A DNA stretch of 64,000 nt, from NCBI GenBank assembly GCA_903889965.1, contig CAISZM010000028.1, positions 9,831 through 73,830 of the forward strand. The letters are read 5' to 3'. Source of the stretch: an uncultured Elusimicrobia bacterium. GTDB lineage: Bacteria; Elusimicrobiota; Elusimicrobia; Elusimicrobiales; UBA9959. Position 1 is the first letter of the stretch. Every line of letters starts with the position of its first letter. Below the pieces are notes generated by a model, which saw only the letters and a list, made by a program, of their open reading frames with translations, did no database searches and was not told the DNA's origin. The position numbers and the translations under genes were made by a program. Positions 41,916 through 51,567 of this stretch are shown piece by piece.

Positions 41916-42155
41916 AATTGGTTCCTCCACAAGCATTGGCCCCCCCCGATAAGGCGCAGATACAGTATTGGCGGCTGTGCCGCGAAACCGGCCCGCGAAC
42001 GCGGTCCGGCCTCCCCGGGGCGCTTAAGCCTCAATATTAGCACAAACGGGAGGCGCGTTTCAATAATATTATTAAACATCTAAAAGTATTGCGGGAAGAC
42101 GGGCGAAACCGGAGCCAAATTTGCCATGCCAGCCTTTTTTTGTTAAATTCAGGTT

Positions 42156-42674
42156 ATGGCAAAAAAAGAAATTTTCTGGACTCTGCTGGTAAAGGCCGTA
42201 AAAACGCTGGTGATCCTGTTCACGCTTTTCGCGATAGGCTGGTTCATGGACCAGCTGCCTTTCGCCCAGGCCCTGCCGTTCATGAGCCAGAAGCTGCCAG
42301 TGGGCGCTTTCCTGAACGCCGTTGTTTCCGCGTTCGCCGTGGCGGTAATGGTGAAGTTCGGGCGGGAGGCCTCTCCCCCGGTGGACGGACTGTTCGACTT
42401 TATGCCCGGAGCCGGTGCGTTGGCCGGCAGCCTGATAAAAATACTCGCCCTGCTTTTCGCGTACTACGCTTTCCAGGACGCGGTTTTCCCCTTCATAAGG
42501 AATTTCGAGTGGATTTACCAGTCCTTTTTCCTGGGTTTCACGCTTTTCTTCCTGGCGCGCGCCGGTCTGCAGATATACGGAGCCAGCGAGCAGATAAGCC
42601 GTTTCCTCCTGGGCGCCCTTAAACCGTATAAACATGGTCCGGATCCTGAAACCCGCCCCGAGAAGCGCACTTGA
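42156..42674 (+). CDS. Hypothetical 4-TM membrane protein
   Basis: Hydrophobic helices; TTGCCA-17-TAAATT promoter ending 6 nt before the ATG. Confidence 0.7.
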   Translation: MAKKEIFWTLLVKAVKTLVILFTLFAIGWFMDQLPFAQALPFMSQKLPVGAFLNAVVSAFAVAVMVKFGREASPPVDGLFDFMPGAGALAGSLIKILALLFAYYAFQDAVFPFIRNFEWIYQSFFLGFTLFFLARAGLQIYGASEQISRFLLGALKPYKHGPDPETRPEKRT

Positions 42675-42699
42675 CAACCGGGGGTTTACATGCAATAAT
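42671..42699 (+). promoter_or_regulatory. Candidate sigma70 promoter of the pil operon
   Basis: TTGACA-17bp-AATAAT with TGn. Confidence 0.55.
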
Positions 42700-42780
42700 T
42701 AATTGTTGTAATCAGACTACATCGTCAGGCTGGTGTTTGGCCGGGGCTGTCCCGATCCGGAGCGAGGGGTTTTTAAACCG

Positions 42781-43890
42781 ATGCTTTCAAGTCTTACGAA
42801 AATAATGTTCCCGCCCAAGGAAGTGATCGGTCTTGATATCGGCAATTACGCCGTAAAGATCGTCTGCTTTTCCGAAGACAAAAAGACGGTGAAGCTCAGG
42901 GATTGGGGATACATACCGCTCGATATCAAGGCTGACGCCCTTCCCGACGAAAAAAAAGCCATCATTTCCAAGGAAATCAAAACATACCTGAAGAAAAAAA
43001 GCATACAGGCCCGTTATACGGCCGCGGCCGTCTCCGGCAACGCCGTTATAGTCCGTTACGTCAAACTTCCCAAGCTTTCCCGCAAGGAGCTTGCCCAGAC
43101 CATCAACGTGGAGGCCGAGCCCTTCATCCCTTTTGACATCAAGGACGTGAATCTCACCTACTCCATACTTAACGATTTCTCCGAGGACGGAGAGCCCAAG
43201 ATGAACACGGTGCTGGTGGCCGCGAAACGCGAGGCCGTGCAGGACAAGATAGATATAATAGAGGGCGCCGGGCTCGACCCGCTCATTATCGACGTGGACT
43301 CCTTCGCCCTGGAAACCCTTTACAGCCGTCTTGCCCCCAAGGGCGAGAGCAATTCGGTGCTGATGCTTAACATCGGCCAGAAAGTGACGAATATCTCGAT
43401 AATAGCCCAGGGCGTTACCCGCGTGGTGCGCGACATCTTTGTGGCCGGCGCCACATTCGACAAGGCCATAGCCAAGGCCCTCAAATCCGACACCGCCGCC
43501 GCCGACGCGGCCAAAAGAGCGCATCCTCTCCTGGTTTCCGAGGAGGATAAGGCCGCGGCCATAGAGAATTTCGACCGGGAAGGCATCGCGGTTTCCAAGG
43601 CCGCCGCGGGGGTCCTGCGCGATCTCTATACCGAGGTTTCCCGCTCCATAGATTTCTACCTGTCGCAGGGCGTCGATCACTCGATATCGAAAATTTTCGT
43701 ATCCGGCGGTATGGCGAACCTTGGCAATATCACAAAATTCCTTTCGGCGGAGTTCAAGGTGCCGGTGGAGGTCGTCAACCCGATGGCTTTCCTGTCGGAG
43801 CAGCCCAAGAACATCCCGCGTGACGTTCTGCCTGCCCTGGCCGTGGCCGCGGGGCTCGCCTTGCGCAGGCTTAAGGATTGGGAAGAATGA
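42781..43890 (+). CDS. pilM: Type IV pilus assembly protein PilM
   Basis: 'IGLDIG..AVK', 'EAE.FIPF', 'VLVAAK', 'IIDVDSFAL', 'SGG.A'. Confidence 0.93.
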   Translation: MLSSLTKIMFPPKEVIGLDIGNYAVKIVCFSEDKKTVKLRDWGYIPLDIKADALPDEKKAIISKEIKTYLKKKSIQARYTAAAVSGNAVIVRYVKLPKLSRKELAQTINVEAEPFIPFDIKDVNLTYSILNDFSEDGEPKMNTVLVAAKREAVQDKIDIIEGAGLDPLIIDVDSFALETLYSRLAPKGESNSVLMLNIGQKVTNISIIAQGVTRVVRDIFVAGATFDKAIAKALKSDTAAADAAKRAHPLLVSEEDKAAAIENFDREGIAVSKAAAGVLRDLYTEVSRSIDFYLSQGVDHSISKIFVSGGMANLGNITKFLSAEFKVPVEVVNPMAFLSEQPKNIPRDVLPALAVAAGLALRRLKDWEE

Positions 43891-44438
43891 TCAAGATAAA
43901 TCTCATTCCCCCTCAGTACATAGAGCGGATAGACCACAAGGCGGTCATCGCCAAGGCCGTGCTGGTCGGAGTTGTTGTGGTGGCCAGCATCGTGCTGCTC
44001 TCGCTGTGGCAGATCACGCGCGCTACCACGATAGAGGTCAAATTGTCGAAGCGCACCGCCGAGCTTAAAACGCTCCAGAAAGACGTGGATGCGGTGAAAG
44101 CCATCGAGGCGCAGATAGCGGAAGTCCAGCGCTACCTGGACGCCATAAGCAGCATCAATAAGGGCCGGTTCGTATACACGCGCTTTATGCAGGACCTTAC
44201 GAGCGACCTGCCCGGCACCATCTGGTTCAACGGCGTGGCCACGGCCACCAACCCGGATTCGCTCAAGGTGGACGTTTCCGTAAACTCCAATTCCGCTTAT
44301 GACCTGGCCTACTGGATAAATTCCCTGGAGACGGGCGGGCTCTGCTCCGACGTCGGGGTCGGCGGCATCGCCGTTTCGGAAACGGAAGATGGACGGCACT
44401 TCGCCGTGCCTCTCACTTTCAAATACTTGTACAGGTAA
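43887..44438 (+). CDS. pilN: PilN
   Basis: 'MIKINLIP' motif, TM and coiled coil. Confidence 0.88.
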   Translation: MIKINLIPPQYIERIDHKAVIAKAVLVGVVVVASIVLLSLWQITRATTIEVKLSKRTAELKTLQKDVDAVKAIEAQIAEVQRYLDAISSINKGRFVYTRFMQDLTSDLPGTIWFNGVATATNPDSLKVDVSVNSNSAYDLAYWINSLETGGLCSDVGVGGIAVSETEDGRHFAVPLTFKYLYR

Positions 44439-44442
44439 AAAA

Positions 44443-44994
44443 ATGGGCAAGATCCAACTTACCAAAGAGCAGATGGGGCAGATAGCGGCGGGGGTGCTGT
44501 TCGGCGGGTTGTTTATTTATGCCTACCTGACCTATTTCTGGCTGCCCATGGCCAAGAAGATAGGCGAAAACACCTCCCAGGTGGCGTCTATCGAAGCGGA
44601 CATCAGCAAGGCCAAGATACAGAAGGCTAAGTACAAAGATCTGGAGTCCAAACTGGCCTCCATCGTGGCCGAGAAAGAGGCGGCGCAGAAACAATTGCCG
44701 CGCGAGCGCAAACTGCCCGACCTCCTCCGCACCATAACCACTCTCAGCCGCAAATACCAGGTCAGCGTGCAGTCCATAGTGCCCACTGGCAGCGCCCAGG
44801 TGGAATATTTTACCCGGGTTTCATACCAGATAACCCTGAAGGGTAACTACACCGATATAGGGCGTTTCCTGACGGCGCTCGGCCTCGAGGAGCGCATCCT
44901 TACCACAGAGAACCTTAATCTCTCCGCCACCCCGGGGGCGGACACTTCGATCAGCGCTTCCTTTACCCTGGTGGCGTACCAGTATAACGGCTGA
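44443..44994 (+). CDS. pilO: PilO
   Basis: TM, coiled coil, 'LP....LPDLL..I', 'G.Y.DIG.FL'. Confidence 0.88.
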   Translation: MGKIQLTKEQMGQIAAGVLFGGLFIYAYLTYFWLPMAKKIGENTSQVASIEADISKAKIQKAKYKDLESKLASIVAEKEAAQKQLPRERKLPDLLRTITTLSRKYQVSVQSIVPTGSAQVEYFTRVSYQITLKGNYTDIGRFLTALGLEERILTTENLNLSATPGADTSISASFTLVAYQYNG

Positions 44995-45000
44995 TAAAAT

Positions 45001-45447
45001 ATGCGCCTTATAATAACGGTCCTACTAGCTTCCTATGCGGTCCCGGCGTCAGCCCAGGTCGCGGTTTCCACGCATCCCGCCACGGTTGAACAGGCTTACC
45101 GGCCTGTTAACGCCCGGGACCCGCTCATCCCCTCTACCTTTTTCGGAGACCAGAAGGGTACCGCCGCTCCCTCCAAAGGGACCGCCGCTGCGGATAAAGG
45201 GATCTTCTCCATTTACACCCTTACTCTCAACGGAATAATGGATGACTCGAATGGCCGGCAGGCGCTGCTGCGCGATCCGTCCGGGGCCAGCTACACGCTT
45301 AAATCCGGCCGGCTTATGGATTCCAAAAAGAAAACCGTGCCCGGCGTGACCGGCGTGGTTAAAGGCAAGCAGGTTATATTGACCACCAGGGATAAAAAGG
45401 TTTACCAGCTCAACCTGCGCGAAAAAGAAAGCTTACCGGAGAAATAA
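45001..45447 (+). CDS. PilP-like protein
   Basis: 'Y.P...RDP', 'LTLNGIM....G.QALL.DP.G'; located between pilO and pilQ. Confidence 0.7.
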   Translation: MRLIITVLLASYAVPASAQVAVSTHPATVEQAYRPVNARDPLIPSTFFGDQKGTAAPSKGTAAADKGIFSIYTLTLNGIMDDSNGRQALLRDPSGASYTLKSGRLMDSKKKTVPGVTGVVKGKQVILTTRDKKVYQLNLREKESLPEK

Positions 45448-45449
45448 AA

Positions 45450-47369
45450 ATGAAAAAACTCATAGCCTCGGCCGTGACCCTTGTTTTTTTCGCCCAGAAT
45501 TCAATGGTCCTTTACGCCCTGGAAAACGCTTCGGTCCAGTCGGTGCGGGTTTCGGCCGACAATGTTTACATAGCGACCGATCGCCCGGTTGAGTACAAGG
45601 TGCTCAACATCGAGCAGCCTCCCCAGATGGTGCTCGAGCTCCTCGATTCCAAAATGAAGACGCTCCAGGATATGCCGGCGAACGGCCAATTCCTGCGCAA
45701 GGTCCGCACCAGCCAGTTCCAGACGAGCCCCGTGAGCATTTCCCGCGTGGTCATGGAACTGACGCAGAAGACCGCGTACGAGATAACCCGTAAGGGCTCG
45801 GAACTTGTGGTAATGCTGCACGCGCTTCCCGCCGCGGCCAAGGCCCCGGTTCAGGCCGCGCTCCCTCCCGTGGTTCAGGTCAAGGCCGCGGCCGCCGATG
45901 TGCCCGCCGGGGTGAAGGTTATAGCCCCAGACGTTAAAAACCAGGCCGCCGCCAGGCCGATAGAGATGACGCTCGAGGCCGCCCCGATAAAGCCCTCCGA
46001 TCTCGTCTACACCGCCCCTACGGCCGCCCCGTCGAAGGAGCGTGCGCAGTTCTCCCGCAGCATAATGGATACGCTCTCCCGCGATCCGATAAGTTTCGAT
46101 TACAGCGACGCCGACATCCGCGAAGTGATAGATATGCTGGCCGCCAAAGCCGGCGTAAACGTTATCTACAACGACGACGTTTCCGGGCCCGTCACGATAA
46201 GCCTTAACAAGGTGCCGTTCGACGAGGCTTTCCGCACGCTGCTTAACATGAAGGGCCTGGCCGCGCAGCAGGCCGGCGACAATATACTGCGCATCGGTTC
46301 GCCATCGGGCTTCATAGCCGAGCAGAAGAAGGCCCTGCCGCAGACCCGCGTCTTTTTCCTCGGCTACGCCAGGGCGGCGGACGTGAAGGTGCAGGTAGAT
46401 TCCGTGGCGGCGGCCGAAGGGCGCAAGGCTACGTGTACGGCGGACGAGGGAAATAACGCGCTGGTAGTCACCGATTCCCCGATGGGGCTGGACGTGACGG
46501 CCCGCCTGATATACAGCCTGGACCGCATCCCCAAACAGGTGCTGATAGAGGCCAAGCTGGTAGAGGTTTCCCTCGACGACTCCTTTGATTACGGCGTGCA
46601 GTGGTCCGGCTACGGCATGGATAAGAGCGGCGCTTATTTCGGCGCCGGCGACGCTTCCAGCCCTATCGGTCCCACCGCGGCGCTCGGTACCCCCAGCAGC
46701 ATTCTGACTAACTACAAAAATGTGATAGCGGGTACGGCGCAGCCCGCCGGCCCCACCGCTAACAGCCAGAGCGGCACCGGCGTCAACCTGCCGGCGAACG
46801 TGGTTTACGGCGCCTTCCGCCTGGGCAAGGTGGCATCGAATTATATGTTCGATACCATCATTACGGCAGCCGCCAAAAAAGGCAAAGCCAAGGTGCTGTC
46901 CGATCCCAAGGTGGCCACCCTTAATAACAAGGAAGCCAGCATAAACATCACCACCCAGATCCCGTACACCACGTCGGATACCACCGTCGCCGTGCCCCCC
47001 GTCACCACCACCAGGGTCGTCTATCTTACCACCGGCATAGTGCTCAAGGTGACGCCGACCATAAATCCTGACGGGCGCATTTCGATGAAGATCAATCCCT
47101 CGATAAGCCAGGTTTCCCTCACCGTCGCCGCCGTGACCGGCGGCGCTCCCGGCATCGACACCCGTTCCGCTGACACCAGCGTGATAGTGAGGAACGGGGA
47201 GACCATCGTTATCGGCGGCCTTATCTCCGACACGCAATCCGAGGCCGTCTACAAGGTGCCGCTGCTCGGGGACATTCCTCTTCTCGGCTGGCTATTTAAG
47301 AAAAAAAGCATGAGCCGCAACAGGATGGAACTCCTGATCTTCGTTACACCCAGGATACTGGAAAATTAA
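45450..47369 (+). CDS. pilQ: Type IV pilus secretin PilQ with AMIN domain
   Basis: 'QVLIEAKLVEV', 'KVPLLGDIPLLGWLFK', 'ELLIFVTPRI'. Confidence 0.95.
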   Translation: MKKLIASAVTLVFFAQNSMVLYALENASVQSVRVSADNVYIATDRPVEYKVLNIEQPPQMVLELLDSKMKTLQDMPANGQFLRKVRTSQFQTSPVSISRVVMELTQKTAYEITRKGSELVVMLHALPAAAKAPVQAALPPVVQVKAAAADVPAGVKVIAPDVKNQAAARPIEMTLEAAPIKPSDLVYTAPTAAPSKERAQFSRSIMDTLSRDPISFDYSDADIREVIDMLAAKAGVNVIYNDDVSGPVTISLNKVPFDEAFRTLLNMKGLAAQQAGDNILRIGSPSGFIAEQKKALPQTRVFFLGYARAADVKVQVDSVAAAEGRKATCTADEGNNALVVTDSPMGLDVTARLIYSLDRIPKQVLIEAKLVEVSLDDSFDYGVQWSGYGMDKSGAYFGAGDASSPIGPTAALGTPSSILTNYKNVIAGTAQPAGPTANSQSGTGVNLPANVVYGAFRLGKVASNYMFDTIITAAAKKGKAKVLSDPKVATLNNKEASINITTQIPYTTSDTTVAVPPVTTTRVVYLTTGIVLKVTPTINPDGRISMKINPSISQVSLTVAAVTGGAPGIDTRSADTSVIVRNGETIVIGGLISDTQSEAVYKVPLLGDIPLLGWLFKKKSMSRNRMELLIFVTPRILEN

Positions 47370-47390
47370 CAATCCGGCCTGCCGGCGGCG

Positions 47391-48839
47391 GTGAAAATGC
47401 TGGTTTACTTATTCTCCGCCGTCTTCGCCGTCGCCCCTGTTCTGCAGGCCGTTTTCGACCTGCGGCTGCAGCTCGCTTTTCAGCAGGTAGTTCTCCTGGC
47501 CTGCGCGTCCTGGTTTTTCCTGCGCCTGTACGGCGACGGCGTTCCGGCCGGCCTATCCTCAAAAAAATTCTATCCCCTCTGGGGGGCCGCGGCCCTCAGC
47601 CTGCTCTCGCTCGCGCTGAGCCCTTTGCGCGGCTGCATCTTTAACGAGTGGGGGAACTACGGCGCCGGCCTGCTGATATTCGCCTTTTCCTCTTATTTAG
47701 GGCCGCAGGAAAGGCGTACGGCCGACGGGGCCGTTCTGGGGGGGGCGTGGCTGGTCATCGGGCTTTCGATCTTCCAGGCGTTCGCGCTTAAAAATTTCAC
47801 CGTCAGCCCGCCGCTTACCAACCTTAACGCCCTGGCCCTGTACGCCGTCATGATCGTCCCGCTGGCTCTGGAAAGGGGCCAGTGGCCCCTCGCCGCCGCC
47901 ATGGCGGCGCTCGTGGTCTGGACCCAGTCGCTGGGCGCCGCGCTCGCCGGCCTGGCCGCGGCCGGTGTCTATGGTTTTTCCCGGCTTAAGGCCGGCGGGT
48001 CAAGCGGCAGGAGAATGGCGCCGGCCGGTTTTGCGGCGCTGTGCGCCCTGGCTTTCTTCTTCTCGAGGGCGGACTCTATAGCGGGCCGGCTGGCCTGGTG
48101 GGGCAGCGCCTGGGACATGTTCCTGGCCCGACCGCTTGCCGGCTTCGGATACGCCTCTTTCGCGCGGGTCCAGGCGGCTTTCCAGCCCGCCGGCGTCTTC
48201 AGGGAACACGCGATCTACGCCCATAATTACTACCTTGAATTTTTGGCCGAGAACGGTTTCCCCGCGGCGGTTCTCTGGTTCTTTACCGTTTACGCGGCCG
48301 TGCGCGCCAAGCGGGGGCTGGTCAGGTATTCCCTGATAGCCGCGCTGGCGCATTCTGTAATTGACTTTGGCTTGTCCGTCCCGGCCAATTTCTGGATCTT
48401 CTGCTACCTGCTGAGTTCCCCGGCCCGGGAGGAGCAGCCGCTGCGTATCGGGCGCAGGGCCGCGGCCGCCGCGCTTGTTTTTGCCGCCGCGATCTTTGCC
48501 GCGCTCGGGGGGCTTAATTTCTCCAGCCTGTCTTTCGAAATGGCGGAGCGGCGCGCCCTGGCCGCCGCCGGGAAGAGCGGACTGCCGTCCGCCGAATACG
48601 AACTGCGCGGCGCCCTGGGGTCGGCCCTGTTCAGGGGGCAAGCGCTTGAATTCCTCGGCGGCATCAGTTCCAGGGTGCCCGGTCAGGATCGGCGCGCCGC
48701 GCGGTATTACGAAGGCGCGCTGCTGGAAAACCGTTACAGCGCCAGGGCCTGGTTCGCGCTGAAAAAGATCTATGCCGCCCCGGGTTCTGAAATGGCGGCC
48801 GCCGGGCTTGCCAGAAGGCGCGCGGAGGTCTTTAAATGA
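47391..48839 (+). CDS. O-antigen ligase (Wzy_C) family membrane protein
   Basis: Multi-TM; 'N.NALA', 'R...W..AWDMF.ARP..GFG', 'YAHNYYLE'. Confidence 0.75.
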   Translation: MKMLVYLFSAVFAVAPVLQAVFDLRLQLAFQQVVLLACASWFFLRLYGDGVPAGLSSKKFYPLWGAAALSLLSLALSPLRGCIFNEWGNYGAGLLIFAFSSYLGPQERRTADGAVLGGAWLVIGLSIFQAFALKNFTVSPPLTNLNALALYAVMIVPLALERGQWPLAAAMAALVVWTQSLGAALAGLAAAGVYGFSRLKAGGSSGRRMAPAGFAALCALAFFFSRADSIAGRLAWWGSAWDMFLARPLAGFGYASFARVQAAFQPAGVFREHAIYAHNYYLEFLAENGFPAAVLWFFTVYAAVRAKRGLVRYSLIAALAHSVIDFGLSVPANFWIFCYLLSSPAREEQPLRIGRRAAAAALVFAAAIFAALGGLNFSSLSFEMAERRALAAAGKSGLPSAEYELRGALGSALFRGQALEFLGGISSRVPGQDRRAARYYEGALLENRYSARAWFALKKIYAAPGSEMAAAGLARRRAEVFK

Positions 48840-50467
48840 GAGTTTCGCGCGAAATAACAGAGAACGCGGACATGGCGGCGCCGTCTTTTCTCCTGGTTTT
48901 GGCGCTGGCGCTGGGGGGGCTGCGCTCCTCCGCGGCCTGGGCTGTTTTTACGGCCCTCTTCCTGGCCTGGTTCCTCATGAGCCGCAGGCCTTTTGCGCCG
49001 ACCTCAGCCCTGCCGGCGCTTTTTTTCTCCTGGCTGGCCGCCGCCTCGTTTTTCTCTCCGGATTTGGCGGCCTCGCTGCCCGTCTTGTGCAAATACGCCG
49101 TGCTGGGTCTGTTTTTCTTCAGCGCCTCTTCGGCTCCGTGCGGCAGGGAAAACTGGCTGAGAGCGGTGCTCGGGCTGGGCGCTTTGGCGGCCTCTGTTTT
49201 TATTTTTCAGAAATTATCGGGAAGGCCGGTCCTGGGGCTTGTGGGGGCCAACCCCAATTACTCGGCGGTTTTCGCGGCGGCCGCCTTCCCGGCCGCGGTC
49301 ATAATTCTTTCCGGCGCTGAAGGGGTTCGCGGAATATCGGTGTACTCCGTGCTTGTGCTTCTCCTTGCCGCGGGAATGGTCGTTTCGGGCTCGCGCGGCG
49401 CCCTGCTTGCCGCCTGCCTGAGCGCGGGCGCCGGGCTCGCCGTCTTGGGGAAACGCCGCGCCCTGGCCGCGCTGATACTCGCGCTGCTTGCTGTGGCGGC
49501 CTTATCCCCGGTTTCAACGCTGGAAGGCGTATTTAAATTTTCGGCCGCCCGCGCTTTTGAAAGGCCCCGCTTATGGGGGGCGGCGCTCGAGGCAGCGGCC
49601 GCCAGGCCGTTCTTCGGCTGGGGCCCGGGGCTTTTTGAAAGGGCCTTCGAGATCGTTAAATTCCCGTATTTCGACGGGATATCGTATTACGGGCACTATA
49701 CCATGCATGCGCACAGCGAACCCTTGAACCTGGCGGCCGAGGCGGGATTCCCTGCCGCGGTATTTTTTGTGCTGGCGGCGGCGGCCGGCCTGCTGGGCGG
49801 CGGGCGGCGCGGACTGCCCCTTAAGCTTGCGGCGCTCGCCGTTTTTATAGAGGCCGGAACCGATATGATATTTTACTCCGGGGCTTCCGCCCTTCTTTTC
49901 TGGGGCTGTCTGGGCTTTTCGGGGTACGCCGGGGAGGCGCCCGCCGCTCGGCCCAAATTGAAATGGCTGGCCGCCGGTTCGTTGTGCGCGCTTTGGCTGG
50001 CCGCGGGCCTGGCCTCCGGAGCTGCCGTCCGAGGCGGATCATTTTTGCAGCTGGGGTATTCTGAAGCGCTGGCCGGCAGGAATCCGGAGCTGGCGCTGGC
50101 CGCTCTGGACTATTCCGGCCGGCACGAGCCTAAGGACCCGTTCCTTGCCGAAGCGGCGGGCCGCGTGCTGGCCGCGTCCGGAAGATCCGCCGAGGCGGAG
50201 GCCAGCTTCCGCAGGGCGCTGGCGCTGGAGCCATTTTACGCCGGGGCCAGACTGGACCTGGCTCACCTGCGGGCCGACGCGGGGCTGCGCGGCGAATGTT
50301 CGGCCATGATACGCGCCATGCCTTTGCCGTCCGTTTCGGGCGCGCGAAACTCATATCAACGCGCGCTCCTGGAGCGCGGTGGCGTATCCATTGAACGTCT
50401 GGAAAAAGATATATGCTGGAAAAAGAAAACTGGCGGCGCTACTGCTCCCGGTCCGCGAACACGATAG
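48836..50467 (+). CDS. O-antigen ligase family protein with C-terminal TPR
   Basis: 'NPNYSA', 'SGSRGA', 'RPFFGWGPG.F', 'HAHSEPL', TPR 'AEASFRRALALEP'. Confidence 0.78.
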   Translation: MRVSREITENADMAAPSFLLVLALALGGLRSSAAWAVFTALFLAWFLMSRRPFAPTSALPALFFSWLAAASFFSPDLAASLPVLCKYAVLGLFFFSASSAPCGRENWLRAVLGLGALAASVFIFQKLSGRPVLGLVGANPNYSAVFAAAAFPAAVIILSGAEGVRGISVYSVLVLLLAAGMVVSGSRGALLAACLSAGAGLAVLGKRRALAALILALLAVAALSPVSTLEGVFKFSAARAFERPRLWGAALEAAAARPFFGWGPGLFERAFEIVKFPYFDGISYYGHYTMHAHSEPLNLAAEAGFPAAVFFVLAAAAGLLGGGRRGLPLKLAALAVFIEAGTDMIFYSGASALLFWGCLGFSGYAGEAPAARPKLKWLAAGSLCALWLAAGLASGAAVRGGSFLQLGYSEALAGRNPELALAALDYSGRHEPKDPFLAEAAGRVLAASGRSAEAEASFRRALALEPFYAGARLDLAHLRADAGLRGECSAMIRAMPLPSVSGARNSYQRALLERGGVSIERLEKDICWKKKTGGATAPGPRTR

Positions 50468-51567
50468 AAGGCAACGGGGTCGAACTGCTGCACAGCGGGG
50501 AAGAGGCGTTCCCGGCCATGCTGGCGGCGATCGGCGGAGCCCGCAGCTTCGTACTCCTGGAATCTTATTGCTTCGCGGATGACGGGATAGGCCGCGTCGT
50601 GGCCGACCTGCTGCGGAAAAAGGCCCGCGAAGGCGTGGAGGTGTACCTGCTGTACGACTCGGTCGGATCCATACTGACCGACCGGGATTTCTTTTCCGGT
50701 CTGGCGGCCGTAGGAGTAAATGTGGCCGAGTTCAGACCCGTAATTTTCTGGAAGCCGTATTGGAACTGGATAAAGCGGGACCACAGGAAGATCCTCTGTG
50801 TGGACGGGGAATGGGCGTTCGTCGGCGGGTTCAATATTACCGACTACGACGCGCCGCGCTCCATGGGCGGACGCGGCTGGAAGGACGTCCAGGTGAAGGT
50901 CCGCGGCCCCGTAGTGGCGGCCGTGGAGGGAATATTCTGGGAGGCGTGGACGGTCTCCAGCCCGGTCCGCGGCCCCGCGGCGCGGCCGCGGCCTGTCCTT
51001 GCTTCGGTCGTGGCGGGCGGCCAGGCGGTTTCTGTTGTTTCGGCCAACGGCATACGCAATGTCCGTTCAATACGCCGAAGTTACCGCTACGCCATAGACC
51101 GCGCCCTGAAGTCCATCTATATCACGAACGCCTACTTCCTCCCGGACCGACTGGTTTACCGCCGCCTGATAAAAGCGGCGCGGCGCGGGGTCGACGTATG
51201 CGTGATAGCGCCCTGGGAGACCGACCACCCTTACGTGCGCTGGGCCTCCTGGGCCATGTACGGCCACATGATGAAGAACGGGATAAAGATATACGAGTGG
51301 CATGGCCCCATACTTCATTCCAAAACGGCGGTGATAGACGGGGTCTGGGCCTCGGTCGGCAGTCACAACCTTGACCACCGCAGCCTGCATTACAATCTTG
51401 AATTGAACCTTAACATCCACGGTACCGGGTTCGGCGGCGAACTCGCGCGGGTTTTCCGCGAAGACCTTAAGAATTCCCGGCAGATAACGCGGGAGGACCT
51501 GCGGCGCCGGCCTTGGACCGCGCGCGCGGCCTCAAGACTTCTTTACTTCATCCGCTCGTGGCTATAA
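50413..51567 (+). CDS. Cardiolipin synthase ClsB-like phospholipase D
   Basis: Two HKD motifs: HRKILCVD and HSKTAVID. Confidence 0.9.
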   Translation: MLEKENWRRYCSRSANTIEGNGVELLHSGEEAFPAMLAAIGGARSFVLLESYCFADDGIGRVVADLLRKKAREGVEVYLLYDSVGSILTDRDFFSGLAAVGVNVAEFRPVIFWKPYWNWIKRDHRKILCVDGEWAFVGGFNITDYDAPRSMGGRGWKDVQVKVRGPVVAAVEGIFWEAWTVSSPVRGPAARPRPVLASVVAGGQAVSVVSANGIRNVRSIRRSYRYAIDRALKSIYITNAYFLPDRLVYRRLIKAARRGVDVCVIAPWETDHPYVRWASWAMYGHMMKNGIKIYEWHGPILHSKTAVIDGVWASVGSHNLDHRSLHYNLELNLNIHGTGFGGELARVFREDLKNSRQITREDLRRRPWTARAASRLLYFIRSWL